Source: Torpedo marmorata
Taxonomy: Eukaryota
Length of the DNA: 64,000 nucleotides
Direction: 5' to 3'
Assembly (NCBI GenBank): GCA_977017645.1
Contig: OZ360238.1
Location: forward strand, 62,434,001 to 62,498,000
The position numbers and the translations under genes are program-made. The notes under the pieces are model-generated. The model ran no database searches. It worked only from the letters and a program-made list of their open reading frames with translations, and was not told where the DNA came from. Positions 61,311 to 64,000 of this stretch are shown here, one piece after another (the stretch's first letter is position 1; the number at the start of each line of letters is the position of its first letter).

Positions 61311-62779
61311 AGCATCAAAAAATATAATTCCTTTTTATTACAATTTGTCCAAAATAGAAATAAGTTTTATAGTTCATTCTAAAATAATTGGCATTTAAAA
61401 TTTATCGTAAATGGATATATTTTGCCCTTCAATGAGCACTTAAAATAAGATTCACCACAATGGAATAAATACTTATGTAAGTTTTGCTTTCCTGTATTGT
61501 ATTAATTGATTGTAAGCATTATGATTATGCTTCATTTAAATACGCGCTTGATGAAACCAGCCAATCCAGGCTAAACTTAGTCACTGCATGAGATGCCCAT
61601 AACTCTCTACGTCACCACAAACCTGTTTTCCGACTAGACACCACTTGTGTGGATATAGATGTTTTTACTCTCTGCAATGTCTGTGTCCTGTGTTATTTGT
61701 CAAAGGTGGCTTGTATCCATTGGCAATTTAATCAGCATCCGTACAGATTCTCTATGCTTTATGCATCCTCATCAGTAAGTGCTGGCACTGAAAATGTATT
61801 TTGGTCCCAGTTGAGCACTATTCAAGACTTTCCAAGTGATACCTTTGTACAGCCAGTGTAGACAATCAATAGCACATGCTTGTCAAATAATTCGCCACAT
61901 GGCAATCCTTGTAATCATTCTTTTCACAAAAGATCACTGCTGTTGATTTTTTAGGCTTTGGAAAGATTCATAGCGAAGATTTGGTATGCATAGGACCTTG
62001 TTAATTCTGTAATGTACAGCATGAATAATGATGGTTTTGATCATTTGCAATGAAGATAAACGACAAGCCTGTGCAAATCACTGATCTTGGACATCAACTA
62101 CTGCTCCAGATTTTTATACTTTTGGCTCAATCGTATAGCAATTACACAAGCAATTTTCTTCAGAGATGCAGTGTCACTCAGATACTTAATGGCTCGAATC
62201 TTCTGCTAAAAACAGGTCTACGCACAAGATCGCACATACGCTTGAGTCCAAAACATTGCAGAGTTGGTCAACATTGTTGGTTAACGCTGTGCTCCAGTGA
62301 CACTCTGCCAGGTTAGTTATAGCTGCTCGGGAGAAGGGTAAGAAAAGACATTCTATTTTTTTTATTTGATTGTTTTGTTTTAAAAGTTTTGAATTGTATT
62401 TTTAAGTGATTTCAATTTTAATATTTTTATCATGTTCTATGGGCCTGCAAAACAGCAAAAACAGAATGCAGTAGACAGAGGTCAGTGTTCCCCAATTAAT
62501 GAGTCAGATCAAAGATCTGCAATCTGGCCACATTCAGTTCTGAATGGCTTTGAACATTTTAAATCCTAATAAGAGGAGAAAGTAAAAATGAGACATTCCC
62601 TGCTGTAACAATGGTTCAAAACAGCATGTAAATGGGAGCAACATTGTTAAGATATTTATCACCATGATCAGCCAATAATGTTGACGGATGATCCATCTAG
62701 GTTTCTTTCTGAGACGCCCACCATTTCACAAGACAATTTTCGGTCATTTTGGGTCACTCTAGAGTAGGGGTGGCCAACC

Positions 62780-63100
62780 TTTTAATTTTTAATTTAGACA
62801 TACAGCACGGTAATAGGCCATTTCGGCCCACGAGTCCGTGCCGCCCAATTAACCTACACCCCCTGTATGGACTCTTATTTGTGCACTTTATTGATTTTTT
62901 TATTCTCTCTGATTTGCACAGCCCGTTTGTTTACATTTGTTTTCTGTTTACAGTTCTTTATTTGTTCACATGTATACACTGTGTACGGTATTTTTTGCAC
63001 TACCAATAAGTGGTAATTCTGCCTGGCCCACAGGAAAAAGAATCTCAGGGTTGTATGTGATGTCATGTATGTACTCTGACAATAAATCTGAAATAAATCT
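62780..63100. mobile_element. V-SINE 3' end (minus, to about 62865) abutting a Rex1 3' UTR (plus)
   Basis: TTTAGACATACAGCACGGTAATAGGCC; GGACTCTTA...GACAATAAATCTGAAA. Confidence 0.78.
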
Positions 63101-63289
63101 AAAATAAATAAATATGAAAGGATTCATCCCAACGGAGTCACTCTCTTTTCTCCCTCCTCCTTTGAGGAGAAAGTTCATGTGTGAAATCACACACCACTAC
63201 ATTTAAGGACGTTTCTTTCCTGTTATTCAATTTTAACATTTAAGAAGAATTTGGACAGGTACATGGATGGGAAAGGTATGGAGAGATAA

Positions 63290-64000
63290 TAAGACCATAA
63301 GATATAGGAGCAGAAGCAGTCCATCAAGTCTCTTCCCCCATTCCATCATGAGCTGGTCCATTCTCCCACTCAGCTCCACTCCCCTGCCTCGGGCGCTGAA
63401 GGCTTCCTGATCATGAAGTTTGGTCCTGGAGCTCGGGATGCCGATGAATCGAACAGGAGTCAGTGCGGCTGTAGAGATTGAAGGAGGGCTGGAAGTGAAT
63501 GCACGGACTCTCAGTGACTCTGAAGGGACTCTCTTTTGCTTCTCTTTCTCTCGTACTGTAAGGAGCACTGGGCAACACCAATGGTGAATCTTTGTCTTAG
63601 AACTGTCAAAAGGCGATTTCATTTCATATTACATTTTGTACTATTATATGACAATATTGGAATCTTGAATCTTGATACCCTGACTATTCAGATACCTATC
63701 AATCTCTGCCTTAAATACGGCCAACATCTTGGCCTCCATAGCTGCCCGTGGTAACAAATTCCAGAGGTTCACCACTCTATAGCTAAAGAAATTCTTCCGC
63801 TCCCCTGTTTTAAATGGACGCCCTTCAATTCTGAAGTTGTGCCCTCTTGCCTGAAACTCATCTGTCATGGGAAACAACTTTGCCACATACATTCTGTCCA
63901 GGCCTTTCAACATTCAGAATATTTGTATGAGGTCCCCTTCATTCTTCTGAACTCCAAGGAGAACAGTCCAAGAACAGTCAAACGTTCCTCAGATTCTAAT
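63290..64000 (-). mobile_element. CR1 3' fragment running off the window, interrupted at about 63389-63675
   Basis: ORF 63644-63913 ARGHNFRI..FFSYRVVNLWNLLP; ATAAGACCATAAG tail. Confidence 0.82.
63389..63675 (+). mobile_element. SINE-like repeat, GAATCTT-tail family
   Basis: Matches the reverse complement of 4211-4330 and 5511-5773; ends GGAATCTTGAATCTTGA. Confidence 0.65.

Overview
Repeat-dense eukaryotic DNA with no recognisable host exon. The HE1/V-SINE-type SINEs and the mix of CR1, Rex1/Babar, L1 and Penelope repeats point to a vertebrate, probably a cartilaginous fish such as a ray (inference). Almost all long ORFs are transposon-derived: a truncated Tc1, a full-length Gypsy LTR element (8310-12511, minus strand), four large L1 insertions with target-site duplications (TSDs), many Rex1/Babar and CR1 fragments, an RTE remnant, Penelope-like elements (PLEs), hAT and Tc2-type MITEs, tRNA- and 5S-derived SINEs and a 25-bp minisatellite. 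The most notable signal is about 10 hammerhead-ribozyme-like motifs in PLE 3' ends, with covarying stem II and a palindromic ACGT stem III. One PLE fragment starts exactly at the predicted cleavage site, and a young 1.1-kb PLE palindrome carries a TSD. Also notable: a 5S-headed SINE sharing its tail with another non-autonomous family, a twin-primed L1 inversion with a fold-back junction, a four-element nested insertion, and two inverted LINE ends sharing the same flank. All calls were made by eye; no database searches were run and many boundaries are approximate.
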